Positions 7,697 through 18,037 of a stretch of 64,000 bases of DNA are shown in pieces. The position numbers and the translations under genes are program-made. This DNA comes from Bacteroidales bacterium. GTDB taxonomy: Bacteria; Bacteroidota; Bacteroidia; Bacteroidales; UBA932. The notes below the pieces were generated by a model. The model had not been told where the DNA came from. It saw only the letters and a program-made list of their open reading frames with translations, and did not search any database. The stretch's first letter is position 1. Every line of letters begins with the position of its first letter. The stretch covers positions 13,808 through 77,807 of the forward strand of contig JAGAFU010000028.1 of NCBI GenBank assembly GCA_017627955.1, written 5' to 3'.

Positions 7697-9940
7697 ATGG
7701 TAGAACTGATTCCACACGGAGTATATCTCCTTGACGGACAAAAGATTGTTGAGAATCCCGAAGGGCTTCCTTCCAAAGACGAGGCCCGCGAGAACACAAT
7801 CGCCTACAGCATCCTTCGCTCTCATGATGTTGAAGGAGGTAAAGGATCCAAGCTTAAGGTTCGTTTCGACGCCATGGCTTCCCATGACATCACTTATGTC
7901 GGCATCATCCAGACCGCCCGCGCCAGCGGACTCGAGAAGTTCCCGATCCCTTACGCCATGACCAACTGCCACAACTCACTGTGCGCCGTTGGTGGCACCA
8001 TCAATGAGGACGACCATGTCTTCGGACTTTCAGCAGCCAAGAAGTACGGCGGAATCTATGTTCCTGCCAACCAGGCCGTTATTCACCAATATGTCCGTGA
8101 AGCCCTCGCGACTTGCGGCGGCATGGTGCTCGGATCTGATTCCCACACCCGTTACGGCTCACTGGGCTGCATGGGTGTCGGCGAGGGCGGCGGAGAGCTT
8201 GTCAAGCAGCTCCTCCACAACACTTGGGACATCAATGCCCCCGAGGTTGTCCTCGTCTGGCTTGAGGGCAAGCCCAAGCATGGCGTAGGCCCTCACGACG
8301 TGGCGATATCCCTTGTCAAGGCCACTTTCGAGAGCGGTTTTGTCAAGAATAAGGTCCTCGAGTTCGCCGGACCTGGTGTCAAGGAACTCCCGATTGACTT
8401 CCGTAACGGAATTGATGTTATGACCACTGAGACAACCTGTCTCAGCTCTATCTGGATCACTGACGAGACGGTTAAGGCCCATTATGAGACCCATCGCCGT
8501 CCCGAAGCCTATAAGGAGCTCAAGCCCGGCAAGGTCGCCTGGTACGACAGCATGATCCGCATTGACCTTTCCAGCCAGGAGAGCATGATCGCCCTGCCGT
8601 TCCATCCTTCCAACGCTTTCACTATCCATGAGTTGCAGGCAGATCCTGAGGGCATCCTTAAGGCTGTCGAGGAAGATGCCAAGAAGCGTTTTGGAGACAA
8701 GGTACAAATCGATCTCCTGTCCAAGATCAAAGACGGGAAGGTCTGCGCCGATCAGGCTCTTATAGCGGGTTGCTCCGGAGGTACTTATGACAACCTTTCC
8801 GAGGCAGCTTCCATCATGAAGGGCAAGTCCATCGGCAATGACTATTTCACCATGAGCGCTTACCCTCAGTCAACTCCTGTGTATTTGGCCACAACTCGCG
8901 AGCATATCGCTGAAGAGCTTCTTGAGGCTGGTGTCGTGATCAAGCCCGCTTTCTGCGGACCTTGCTTCGGCGCCGGGGATGTCCCCGCCAACAACGGCTT
9001 CTCCATCCGCCACACCACCCGCAACTTCCCCAACAGGGAAGGCTCCAAACCCGGACAGGGCCAGCTCTCCCTGGTGTCCCTGATGGATGCCCGCTCGATC
9101 GCCGCCACGGCCGCCAACGGTGGAGTCATCACCGCCGCCACGGACATCGAGTATGAGGACACCCACAAGCCTTACGAGTTTGACGACAGGATCTACAAGA
9201 GCCGTGTTTACAATGGCTTCGGCAAGGAAGATCTCAGTGTCGAGCTGCGTTACGGACCCAACATCAAGGACTGGCCGAAGATGTACCCGATGGAGGACAA
9301 CATGCTCCTCGAACTGGCCGCTGTCATCCATGACCCTGTGACCACGACTGACGAGTTGATCCCTTCGGGAGAGACTTCCAGCTACCGTTCGAACCCGCTT
9401 AAGCTCAGCGAGTTCGCCCTTTCAAGAAGGGTTCCTGAATATGTCGGGATCTCCAAGAGGATCCAGGCCCAGGATCTTGAGCGTCGTCAGGGTGAAGCCC
9501 CTTCACACATCGCAATGGCTCTCGCCAAGGTCGGTGTCTCGTCAGTGAACACCTCGTTCGGTTCCTGCGTGTTCGCCAACAAGCCCGGCGACGGCTCCGC
9601 CCGTGAGCAGGCCGCCTCTTGCCAGAAGGTTCTCGGCGGTGACGCCAACATCTGCTACGAGTACGCCACCAAGCGCTACCGTTCCAACTGCATCAACTGG
9701 GGTATCCTTCCGTTCACCATCGCTCCTGAGACTCCGTTCGACTACGAGCCCGGTGATATGGTATTCGTTCCTGGAATCCGTGAGGCCATTCTTAACGGTT
9801 CCGAGGAGATCGACGCCAAAGTGATCACAAAGGCTGGCGAGATCAAGCCTATCCACCTCTATTTCAAGAACCTCACCGCTGACGAGCGCCAGATCCTCGC
9901 TGACGGCTGCCTGATGAATTATTACAAAAACCGCAAATAA
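7697..9940 (+). CDS. Aconitase-family hydratase of the YbhJ type, probable aconitate hydratase
   Basis: [52 protein letters not shown] (Fe-S Cys) and [10 protein letters not shown] motifs; closely resembles E. coli YbhJ as recalled; ends 1 nt before icd. Confidence 0.85.
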   Translation: MVELIPHGVYLLDGQKIVENPEGLPSKDEARENTIAYSILRSHDVEGGKGSKLKVRFDAMASHDITYVGIIQTARASGLEKFPIPYAMTNCHNSLCAVGGTINEDDHVFGLSAAKKYGGIYVPANQAVIHQYVREALATCGGMVLGSDSHTRYGSLGCMGVGEGGGELVKQLLHNTWDINAPEVVLVWLEGKPKHGVGPHDVAISLVKATFESGFVKNKVLEFAGPGVKELPIDFRNGIDVMTTETTCLSSIWITDETVKAHYETHRRPEAYKELKPGKVAWYDSMIRIDLSSQESMIALPFHPSNAFTIHELQADPEGILKAVEEDAKKRFGDKVQIDLLSKIKDGKVCADQALIAGCSGGTYDNLSEAASIMKGKSIGNDYFTMSAYPQSTPVYLATTREHIAEELLEAGVVIKPAFCGPCFGAGDVPANNGFSIRHTTRNFPNREGSKPGQGQLSLVSLMDARSIAATAANGGVITAATDIEYEDTHKPYEFDDRIYKSRVYNGFGKEDLSVELRYGPNIKDWPKMYPMEDNMLLELAAVIHDPVTTTDELIPSGETSSYRSNPLKLSEFALSRRVPEYVGISKRIQAQDLERRQGEAPSHIAMALAKVGVSSVNTSFGSCVFANKPGDGSAREQAASCQKVLGGDANICYEYATKRYRSNCINWGILPFTIAPETPFDYEPGDMVFVPGIREAILNGSEEIDAKVITKAGEIKPIHLYFKNLTADERQILADGCLMNYYKNRK

Positions 9941-9941
9941 A

Positions 9942-11153
9942 ATGGAAAAAATCAAAATGACCACGCCGCTTGTCGAGATGGACGGCGACGAGATGACCAG
10001 GATCCTCTGGAAGATGATCAAGGATGAGCTCATCCTTCCCTTCGTGGACCTGAAGACCGAATACTATGACCTCGGCCTCCCCAACAGGGACAAGACCTCC
10101 GACCAGGTGACCGTGGACGCAGCCAACGCCACCAAGAAATATGGCGTGGCCGTCAAGTGCGCGACCATCACCCCCAATGCGCAGAGGATGACCGAGTACA
10201 ACCTCAAGGAGATGTACAAGAGCCCGAACGGAACCATCCGCTCGATGCTCGACGGAACCGTGTTCCGTACCCCGATCACCATCCCTTCGATCCATCCGGC
10301 CGTTAAGTTCTGGAAGAAGCCTATCACCATCGCCCGTCACGCTTACGGTGATGTCTACAAGAGCGTGGATATCGTTGTGGATGAGCCTGGTACCGCCAAG
10401 CTCGTGTTCGAGGGAGAGTCCGGAAAGACCCAGGAGGCCATTATTCACAACTTCAAGGGAGCCGGTGTCCTCCAGGGCATGCACAACACGGACAAATCTA
10501 TCCGCAGCTTCGCCCACTCCTGCTTCCAGTACGCCCTGGCCCTCAAGCAGAGCATCTGGTTCGCCACCAAGGACACCATCGCCAAGAAGTACGACGGCCG
10601 CTTCAGGGCCATCTTCGACGAGGTGTTCCAGGAATATAAGGACCGTTTCGCTGAGGCTGGTATTGAATATTTCTACACCCTTATCGACGACGCCGTGGCC
10701 CGTGTCATGCGTTCCGAGGGTGGTTTCATCTGGGCTTGCAAGAACTACGATGGCGACGTGATGTCCGACATGGTCTCCACCGCTTTCGGTTCCCTGGCCA
10801 TGATGACCTCCGTGCTTGTCAGCCCTGACGGGAATTATGAATATGAGGCCGCCCACGGCACTGTGACCCGCCACTACTACAAGTACCTGAAGGGAGAGGA
10901 GACCTCGACCAACCCGATCGCGACGATCTTCGCCTGGAGCGGGGCTTTCCGCAAGAGAGGAGAGAAGGACAACCTTCCTGAGCTCGTGGCTTATGCCGAC
11001 AAGCTCGAGGCCGCTTGCCTTGACACCCTCAACGAGGGCTATGCCACCAAGGACCTTGTGAACCTGATGGAAGGCATCACTCCTAAGATGCTCACTTCTG
11101 CCCAGTTCCTCGCCGAAATCCGCAAGCATCTCGAGAAGGCTCTTGAGGATTAA
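9942..11153 (+). CDS. icd: NADP-dependent isocitrate dehydrogenase (homodimeric, type II)
   Basis: [35 protein letters not shown] and [11 protein letters not shown] motifs. Confidence 0.97.
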   Translation: MEKIKMTTPLVEMDGDEMTRILWKMIKDELILPFVDLKTEYYDLGLPNRDKTSDQVTVDAANATKKYGVAVKCATITPNAQRMTEYNLKEMYKSPNGTIRSMLDGTVFRTPITIPSIHPAVKFWKKPITIARHAYGDVYKSVDIVVDEPGTAKLVFEGESGKTQEAIIHNFKGAGVLQGMHNTDKSIRSFAHSCFQYALALKQSIWFATKDTIAKKYDGRFRAIFDEVFQEYKDRFAEAGIEYFYTLIDDAVARVMRSEGGFIWACKNYDGDVMSDMVSTAFGSLAMMTSVLVSPDGNYEYEAAHGTVTRHYYKYLKGEETSTNPIATIFAWSGAFRKRGEKDNLPELVAYADKLEAACLDTLNEGYATKDLVNLMEGITPKMLTSAQFLAEIRKHLEKALED

Positions 11154-11176
11154 GTCTCAGGATGTCGATAAAGAAT

Positions 11177-11206
11177 AAGTCCCGGGCCAATTGGTCCGGG
11201 ACTTTT
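11177..11206 (+). terminator. Intrinsic terminator after icd, between convergent genes
   Basis: AAGTCCCGG-GCCAATTGGT-CCGGGACTT followed by TT. Confidence 0.8.
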
Positions 11207-11207
11207 G

Positions 11208-11253
11208 TGTCATCCTGAGCGCCCAATGTCATCCTGAGCGCAGCGAAGGATCT
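11208..11253 (+). repeat. Family A repeat: a partial copy (11208-11221) in tandem with a full copy (11227-11253)
   Basis: TGTCATCCTGAGCG-CCCAA-TGTCATCCTGAGCGCAGCGAAGGATCT; the last two bases overlap the TAG stop of the minus-strand gene. Confidence 0.9.
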
Positions 11254-14200
11254 ACCGTCCTTCAGTAACCTCCTTCCAGGTCTTCCTGATGACGACCGGA
11301 GGCAAATGAACCTCCTTGAAATCAGGTCTTTCCACCGAACTTCTGGTCGTCACCCTTGTCTGGACCGGGTGAGCCTTGTCCCAGGTCTTGAAGGCATTGT
11401 AGTCGTAGTTCCAGCTCTCGCCCTCGGAAAGCTTCATGATCCTTTTCCAGATCAATGCCCTTGAAGGAGCGTTGAAGTTAGGGTTATGATAGCCGTCGTT
11501 CATGACGCTTTGCTCCGTGGGCCTCCAAACCCCTGACCAGAAGGTGAATCCACCCTCGTACACTCCGATTTTCTCTGAAGAGAAGGCACTGTCTCCGATG
11601 AACTCTTTCCAGAGAACCTGTGAAGGGTTAGAGGTGAAATCCACGTTGAGGTACCAATTCCTTTGGGTCTGATCCTTCCTGGCATAGGAGACATCTTCCG
11701 CACTGATCATACCCTGGTCGCGGTAGGCATATTCATCACCAAGTTTGCCGATTCCATGCCCACCTACCTCATGGACAATCGTTTCCGCAAGACTGGAGAT
11801 GCCTCCGGACACATTGACATCCTTGTATGGAATCCAACTGACGGAGGGACCACCGGCATAGACCGATTGGTCTTCCGGGTAAATCATTGAGCACATTCCT
11901 CCGCTCCGGACAGTGTTCAACAGCACCAGAACAGCCACATTGTCCATTCTCGCGTTATCCTTGACGGCCTTTTTGGCGTACTCGAGCGCTTTCTCTATGT
12001 CTCCTCCTACGGCGGAGCCTTTGCCGAATACGCATTCGAATACTGTCGAATTACCGTTAAAGAATTCCTCGTGCTTGGAAACAGCGTTGACAAGATAGAT
12101 GTTGAACCTGTCCTTCATGGATTTGAGCGGTTCGGCAGAGAACAAGTCCTCGACAGCCTGCTCAGCGGTCTTCTTGAACGTCCCGTTGGAGATGAGCCTG
12201 TCGGAGAAACCATCCCCGGTGATGACTAAGTCAACTCCTTTGCCCTTGGTCGCTTTCTGCAGTTGGGTGTATTTCCCGTCTTGAGTGTAACTTGTCGACT
12301 CATAGTGGGTGACAGTTGTCTTGAGCTCCTTTTGGAGGAAGGCCACGGCATTGTTCAGATAGTCTCTGGATTTGTCAAAGAGAGTAGTGTAAACCACAGT
12401 TTGATCTGGTCCTATGATAACGATGCAGTTCTCAATGGGGTGAGGATACATAGCAGACCCCTTTTCCGCATAAAACGGGGCTCCAGCAGGATACTCATCG
12501 TACAGGTGTCTGATGAATGAGTCCCAGGTCGCACCTGTTTTATTAAGGACACTCTTGAATAACTCGTCCCGTTCATCCCTACTGGAGATCTCGGTGCTGT
12601 TATTATCGAAATATGAGATGATTCCCAAACCTTTACTCTTGCCTGTCTTATACAGTGTGGCCAGTTGTGCAAGGCAATCAACGGCATCACCAGACTTTGG
12701 ATTCATGTTGAACAGCACCGTGTACTGGTTCTTACTGAATTCTGTCTCGATGTCAAGCTCTTTGCCAGAGAGCGTGGTGATCTTGGGACTCCTGGGAATA
12801 GGAATCTTTGACTCGCGGAGATTGTCCATTGTGAAATTGTTGCCCCAGAATATGTTAGGCCATAATCTCCAATAATTGTCCATATTTGCCACAGTTGTGG
12901 GAATGGAGCCGGAGAGGTTGTTTATGGAAAGGTCAAGTTCCTTCAAGTTGATGAGGCTACCAAGCGATGCCGGTATCGACCCGGATAGTTTATTGCTCTG
13001 TAGATTCAACTCTTCCAATCCTGTGATCTGACCGATCCCGTCAGGAATTTTTCCAGTCAGATTGCAACCGCGGAGGGACAGTTGCTTCAAGTTTTTGAGA
13101 TTAAATATGTCAGAAGGAATCGTCCAGGAACTAAGAGGAATGTGAACCAAGACTAATGCTTCCAGGCTTTGGATCTTGTAGATGGATTTTGGCACGGTCC
13201 CGGAAACGGTATAAGTCCAGAGAGTCAAATTCTTGAGTTTCTTTAGGTTTCCTATTTCTGAAGGGAGTGGATATCCCTCATTGGGGATACCGCTAGGATT
13301 GATCATCTTGAATACTTCCAATTCAGTGAGATCCGCTATCTCTTTGGGAATCTGACCTTTGAGATTATCGTCATATATCCACACGCTTCGCACGTGTTTG
13401 CCATCAGGAGTCATTTCGATGCCCCTCCACAACTCCAAGGGTTGGTCCGAGCACCAATTCTGCTTAGTGAAGTCATCCCAGTTGTTTCCGTTGTTCGCAT
13501 TGAACAACTTTATCAAAGCGGCCTTTTCCTTAGCCTTGTAAGCCGCTTCCGTGACGGTGACCTTGCATGTGGCGGTCTTGTCTCCGGCTGTCGCGGTTAT
13601 CGTGGTCTCCCCGATAGCGATTCCGTTGATAACTCCGTTTTCATCGACGGTGGCGATATCCGTGTCGGAGGAGGTCCACTCAACTTTGACATCGGGGTCA
13701 TCGGTGTCAACTTTGGCGGTAAGGGTGGTCTCGCCTTCTTCCTCGATTTTCACGGAGCTCTTGTTCAAGCTGATGGACTTGATTGGAAAAGATACAGTTA
13801 TCAAGCAAGTGGCTTTAATCGAGCCGGCAGTGGCGGTGATGATCGCTTTCCCCTTGCCGACAGCTGTGACCTTGCCGTTTTCCACCGTGGCGACACTCTC
13901 ATCGCTGGATGTCCAGGTAATGGTCTTGTCATCAGCATCGTCAGGTGCGATTGTGGCTGTTAGCGTCAGGACATCCTTGGCGTCCAATGAGGCCGTGGTC
14001 TTGTCAAGTGTGATGGATGACACTCCCTTGGGGGTCACGGTGACTTCACATGTGGCAGTCCTGCCGCTCGCCGTTGCGGTGATGGTGGCGGTTCCGACCG
14101 CGACCGCATTCACGGTCCCCCTGTTCACAGTCGCGACGGAAGAGTTGGAACTGGACCAGGTCACAGTCTTGTCAGTGGCATTCGATGGGCTGACCGTCGC

Positions 14201-14350
14201 CGTAAGGTCGGCAGTCCCACCTTTCCTTATCGAGAGTGTGGACTGGCTCAAAGACACCCCGGAGACTTCAACAACAGGATCCTCCTTCGGGCCGCATGCG
14301 GCGAGAAGAAGTGTCAAGGTGGTTAGAATAAGCAGATAAGCTTTTTTCAT
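11252..14350 (-). CDS. Surface lipoprotein: 3 Ig-like (Big_2) domains, LRR region, thioredoxin-like region and M64-like metallopeptidase
   Basis: Lipobox LLAAC; repeated TWSSS..VATV..G.V.AV..G.ATITATA; LRR repeats L..L.L..N.LSGSIP; C-terminal VHEVGGHGIGKLGDEY and YEGG...GVWRP...SVM. Confidence 0.8.
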   Translation of the reverse strand: MKKAYLLILTTLTLLLAACGPKEDPVVEVSGVSLSQSTLSIRKGGTADLTATVSPSNATDKTVTWSSSNSSVATVNRGTVNAVAVGTATITATASGRTATCEVTVTPKGVSSITLDKTTASLDAKDVLTLTATIAPDDADDKTITWTSSDESVATVENGKVTAVGKGKAIITATAGSIKATCLITVSFPIKSISLNKSSVKIEEEGETTLTAKVDTDDPDVKVEWTSSDTDIATVDENGVINGIAIGETTITATAGDKTATCKVTVTEAAYKAKEKAALIKLFNANNGNNWDDFTKQNWCSDQPLELWRGIEMTPDGKHVRSVWIYDDNLKGQIPKEIADLTELEVFKMINPSGIPNEGYPLPSEIGNLKKLKNLTLWTYTVSGTVPKSIYKIQSLEALVLVHIPLSSWTIPSDIFNLKNLKQLSLRGCNLTGKIPDGIGQITGLEELNLQSNKLSGSIPASLGSLINLKELDLSINNLSGSIPTTVANMDNYWRLWPNIFWGNNFTMDNLRESKIPIPRSPKITTLSGKELDIETEFSKNQYTVLFNMNPKSGDAVDCLAQLATLYKTGKSKGLGIISYFDNNSTEISSRDERDELFKSVLNKTGATWDSFIRHLYDEYPAGAPFYAEKGSAMYPHPIENCIVIIGPDQTVVYTTLFDKSRDYLNNAVAFLQKELKTTVTHYESTSYTQDGKYTQLQKATKGKGVDLVITGDGFSDRLISNGTFKKTAEQAVEDLFSAEPLKSMKDRFNIYLVNAVSKHEEFFNGNSTVFECVFGKGSAVGGDIEKALEYAKKAVKDNARMDNVAVLVLLNTVRSGGMCSMIYPEDQSVYAGGPSVSWIPYKDVNVSGGISSLAETIVHEVGGHGIGKLGDEYAYRDQGMISAEDVSYARKDQTQRNWYLNVDFTSNPSQVLWKEFIGDSAFSSEKIGVYEGGFTFWSGVWRPTEQSVMNDGYHNPNFNAPSRALIWKRIMKLSEGESWNYDYNAFKTWDKAHPVQTRVTTRSSVERPDFKEVHLPPVVIRKTWKEVTEGR

Positions 14351-14385
14351 TGCTATAATACTTTTTGGTTTTTCTCCAATTTAAA

Positions 14386-14412
14386 AGATTCTTCGCTTCG
14401 CTCAGAATGACA
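14386..14412 (-). repeat. Family A repeat in the gap between the two lipoprotein paralogs
   Basis: Minus strand reads TGTCATTCTGAGCGAAGCGAAGAATCT, starting 2 nt after the TAA of the 14415-18035 gene. Confidence 0.9.
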
Positions 14413-14414
14413 TT

Positions 14415-17400
14415 TTATCGTCCTTCCAGGACCTCCTTCCAGGTCTTTCCGACACGGACAGGAGGAACATGAACATGCTCATCATCATCTACTTCCACGA
14501 TGCTTCTGGTAGCTCTTGTGGTCGGATGGGCCTTGTCCCATGTCTTGAAGGCGTTGTAGTCGTATTTCCAACTCTCGCCCTCGGAAAGCTTCATGATCCT
14601 GGTGTAAACCTGGGAGCGGCAAGGAGCATTGAAGGTCGAGTGGTTGAAGTTGTCATTCATCACGCTTTGCTCCGTGGGTCTCCAAACTCCTGACCAGAAG
14701 GTGTCTCCTCCCTCATACACCGAGATATTCTCGGAAGCGAAGGCGCTGTCATCGATAAACTGGCTCCAAGGGACCTGGGACTTGGTGGGTGTCACGGAAA
14801 TATTCTGGTACCAGTTCCACTTTTGGACCTTGTTGATGTAAGCTATCTCACCGGAGGTGACTTCTCCTTGGTAGATGTATCCGTACTCATCCGCCAGTTT
14901 GCCGAGTCCGTGGCCGGCCACCTCGTGAACCACCGTATTAGCGAGGTTGGACAATCCGCCTGACACTTTGAAGTCTTTGTAAGTTACCCAGGCGATGGAT
15001 GCGCCACCGGCATAGGTGCTCGTGCTGGCGGGATCGAGCATGTAACATGTGCCGCCGTCCCGGTAGCTGTTCATCAGGACAAGCACTATGACATTGTCCA
15101 TCTTGGACTCACCGACAGCAATCTTCGCATATTCCAGGACTTTGCTGTTGTTTCCTCCGACAGCCGACCCTCCACCGAAGGCGCCGCTGAACGCTGTTGA
15201 GCAGCCGTTGAAATATTCGTCATTCTTTGAGACCGCCTCGACCATGTGGACGTTGAAGCGGTTCTTCATGGATTTCATCGGCTCGACACTGAAGAAGTCG
15301 TTCATCGCCTGCTTGGCGGCCTTCTCGAAGGTACCGCTTGTCAAATCCTTGTCGGAGAAAGCGTCGCCGGTGATGACCAGGTCGATTCCCTTGCCGGAGG
15401 AAGCCTTATGCAACTGGGTGTGCTTTTTGTCTCTTGAGTAACTCGTTGACTCATAATGTGTCATCGAGACATTCAAGACTTTCTCAAGGTACTTTAAAGC
15501 GTTTTCAACATTCTTTTTCTGGTCGGAGTCAACCAGTGTGGTGTAGTCGACGGTGCCGTCAGGTCCGATGATAACTATCTGGTTGATACTGCCGTAAGGG
15601 AATATACCCTCACCGTTTTTCGCATAGAACGGAGCTTCTTCTGTGGGGGTGCCGTCATTCATGTGCCGGATGAAGGATTCCCATTCCGCTCCAGATTTTT
15701 TCAGCTCATCTTTGAACAGCTGGTCCCTCTTGGAAAGATCTGGCTCTTCGTGAGAGTTGTTGTCGAAATATGTCAAGACTCCAAGTCCCTTGCTCTTCCC
15801 CTTTTTGTAAAGGTTCTCGAGGGAAGTGAGGTATTCGGTCACCTCAGTATAGTCGGCTGCCACTTCGAACAGGACTGTGTATTTGTTGCCTTTGATAAAG
15901 GCCTCAATGTCAAGTTCCTTGCCGGAAAGTGTCTTGACAGTTGGAGATGTGGGGGCTGGAATCTTTGATTTGCGGATATCCTCCTGAGTAAAGCTGTTGA
16001 ATTGGACGGCCCTGCCCCAAATCAAAGGGAACCTATTGATATTGGCCAGGGAAGAGGGTAGTGTTCCGGACAGTTTGTTACCCATGAGGTCGAAATTCTC
16101 CAGATTTCTCATGCCGGAATAAGAAGCGGGGATTGTCCCTGTGAAACTATTGTAGGATAGATTGAGCCATGTCAGTTTAGTCAGGTTCCCGATCTGATCA
16201 GGAAGTGGACCAGTGATATTGTTCGTGTTAAGATCAAGCGCACTCAAATTGGTGAGCTTCCCGATCGATGAGGATAACGGCGCGCTATCCATATATATGC
16301 TTCTGACAATGTACAGGGTCTCGAGATTTGTAAGATTGAAAAGCTCTTCAGGGAATTTTCCTGTCAAAGGATAGTCGTAAAAGACTATCCTATTGAGTTT
16401 CTTAAGGTTGCCGATTTCTTTAGGCAGCGGTCCGAAAGCGCTCTTCGGCAGACCATAAGACTGCGTCTGGTCGCCATAGATGTCGAAACCCTCAAGCTCC
16501 GTCAGGTCTCCGATTTCCTTGGGGATCTTCCCACAAGCTCCCCTGATATTCAACGCTGTCACATGAGTATTTGTAGCGTCCATTTCCACACCTTCCCAGG
16601 CACTAGTGACAGGGCCGTCCGACCCCCAGTTCTCGTGATATTGCCAGTGATCCTTGTTGGCATTGTAGAAAGCCATGAGAGCGGCTTTTTCCTTGGCCAT
16701 GAAATCTGGCTCAATGACGGTCACCTCTGCTGTGCCTCTGGCGTAGGCGTTTATAGTCACGCTTACTGTCGCGGTTCCTTGGCCGATAGCAACGAAAGAA
16801 CCATCGTTTATGACATTAAAGTTTTCGTCAAAAGTGACCCTCAACACGCTGCTGTTATTATGATTCCAGTTAATGTCTTTGAGAACCGTTTCTTCCGGCT
16901 CCACCTTGACGGTGAAACGCACGGTGTCTCCCTGGTTAACCGTGATCTGGGCAGGCTCGACTGTCACGGACTCGATGATGGGGTTAAGCACTTCAATGTC
17001 GTAAGTAGCCTTTATTTCCCCGACTGTCGCGGTGATGGTGACGGGGCCCAGACCGACCGCGGTGACCTTTCCATCCTGATCAACAGTCGCGATGGACTCG
17101 TCGCTGGATGTCAGGGTCGGAGTTTCTATGGCGTCAGAAGGGGTTTTCTTGATGCTCAATTGGACCGTTTTGCCGATGTACACATTGCGATCCGTCTCAA
17201 TGAATTCGATTGAAGTGACATGGGTCGGCTTTTTGGTGACAGTTACCTTGCAAGTTGCGGACTTGTCTCCGACCTTGGCGGTTATCGTGGTCTCTCCGGC
17301 CGAAATGCCTTTGACGACGCCGTTTTCATCGACAGTGGCGACATCTGGGGATTCTGACGACCATCCCACAATCACGTCAGGATCTTCGGACTCAACCTTG

Positions 17401-18035
17401 GCGATAAGGGTCTCCTCGCTTTCTTCTTCAAGCTCTATGGTGCTATTATTCAGGGAGATGGACTTTATGGGGTAGGACACGGCCACTTCGCAATTTACCT
17501 TGATGGAACCCGCGGCAGCGGTGATTGTGGCCTTTCCCTTGCCGACAGCGGTGACTTTCCCATTGTCCACCGTCGCGACACGCTCATCGCTGGATGACCA
17601 TGTGATGGTCTTGTCGTCAGCGTCATTAGGTGATATCGTCGCGACAATGTTCAGCACATCCTTGACGTTCAATGAGGCCGATTCTGGATCAAGCTTGATG
17701 GAGGTGACTCCCTTGGGTGTCACCGTCACCTGGCAGCTGGCGGTCTTGCCACCAGCCGTGGCGGTGATATTGGCTGTTCCAACGGCGATCGCGTTCACAT
17801 TACCGTTATTCACGGTGGCGACAGAAGAGTTTGAGGTGGCCCAGGTCACAGCCTTGTTTGTGGCATTTGAAGGAGTGACAGTGGCTGTCAAGCTCGTCGA
17901 TCCACCTCTGACGATGGAGAGTGTGGACTGGCTTAAAGAGACGCTTGAAACCTCAATTATCGGATCTTCCTTCGGGCCGCAGGCGGCGAGAAGAAGTGTT
18001 AAGGTGGTTAGAATAAGTGGTAATAATTTTTTCAT
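14415..18035 (-). CDS. Paralogous surface lipoprotein: 5 Ig-like (Big_2) domains, LRR region, thioredoxin-like region and M64-like metallopeptidase
   Basis: Same architecture as 11252-14350 with two extra Ig repeats; VHEVAGHGLGKLADEY; near-identical signal peptide and C-terminus. Confidence 0.8.
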   Translation of the reverse strand: MKKLLPLILTTLTLLLAACGPKEDPIIEVSSVSLSQSTLSIVRGGSTSLTATVTPSNATNKAVTWATSNSSVATVNNGNVNAIAVGTANITATAGGKTASCQVTVTPKGVTSIKLDPESASLNVKDVLNIVATISPNDADDKTITWSSSDERVATVDNGKVTAVGKGKATITAAAGSIKVNCEVAVSYPIKSISLNNSTIELEEESEETLIAKVESEDPDVIVGWSSESPDVATVDENGVVKGISAGETTITAKVGDKSATCKVTVTKKPTHVTSIEFIETDRNVYIGKTVQLSIKKTPSDAIETPTLTSSDESIATVDQDGKVTAVGLGPVTITATVGEIKATYDIEVLNPIIESVTVEPAQITVNQGDTVRFTVKVEPEETVLKDINWNHNNSSVLRVTFDENFNVINDGSFVAIGQGTATVSVTINAYARGTAEVTVIEPDFMAKEKAALMAFYNANKDHWQYHENWGSDGPVTSAWEGVEMDATNTHVTALNIRGACGKIPKEIGDLTELEGFDIYGDQTQSYGLPKSAFGPLPKEIGNLKKLNRIVFYDYPLTGKFPEELFNLTNLETLYIVRSIYMDSAPLSSSIGKLTNLSALDLNTNNITGPLPDQIGNLTKLTWLNLSYNSFTGTIPASYSGMRNLENFDLMGNKLSGTLPSSLANINRFPLIWGRAVQFNSFTQEDIRKSKIPAPTSPTVKTLSGKELDIEAFIKGNKYTVLFEVAADYTEVTEYLTSLENLYKKGKSKGLGVLTYFDNNSHEEPDLSKRDQLFKDELKKSGAEWESFIRHMNDGTPTEEAPFYAKNGEGIFPYGSINQIVIIGPDGTVDYTTLVDSDQKKNVENALKYLEKVLNVSMTHYESTSYSRDKKHTQLHKASSGKGIDLVITGDAFSDKDLTSGTFEKAAKQAMNDFFSVEPMKSMKNRFNVHMVEAVSKNDEYFNGCSTAFSGAFGGGSAVGGNNSKVLEYAKIAVGESKMDNVIVLVLMNSYRDGGTCYMLDPASTSTYAGGASIAWVTYKDFKVSGGLSNLANTVVHEVAGHGLGKLADEYGYIYQGEVTSGEIAYINKVQKWNWYQNISVTPTKSQVPWSQFIDDSAFASENISVYEGGDTFWSGVWRPTEQSVMNDNFNHSTFNAPCRSQVYTRIMKLSEGESWKYDYNAFKTWDKAHPTTRATRSIVEVDDDEHVHVPPVRVGKTWKEVLEGR

Positions 18036-18037
18036 GA

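Noticed and set aside
9873-11129. 418-aa antisense ORF opposite icd
   Set aside because: Shadow frame of a highly biased gene; no motifs, and fully explained by icd codon usage.
11252-18035. The paralog pair as a DGR target or shufflon
   Set aside because: No RT or recombinase nearby; divergence is spread over all bases and includes domain-number change, consistent with ordinary duplication.
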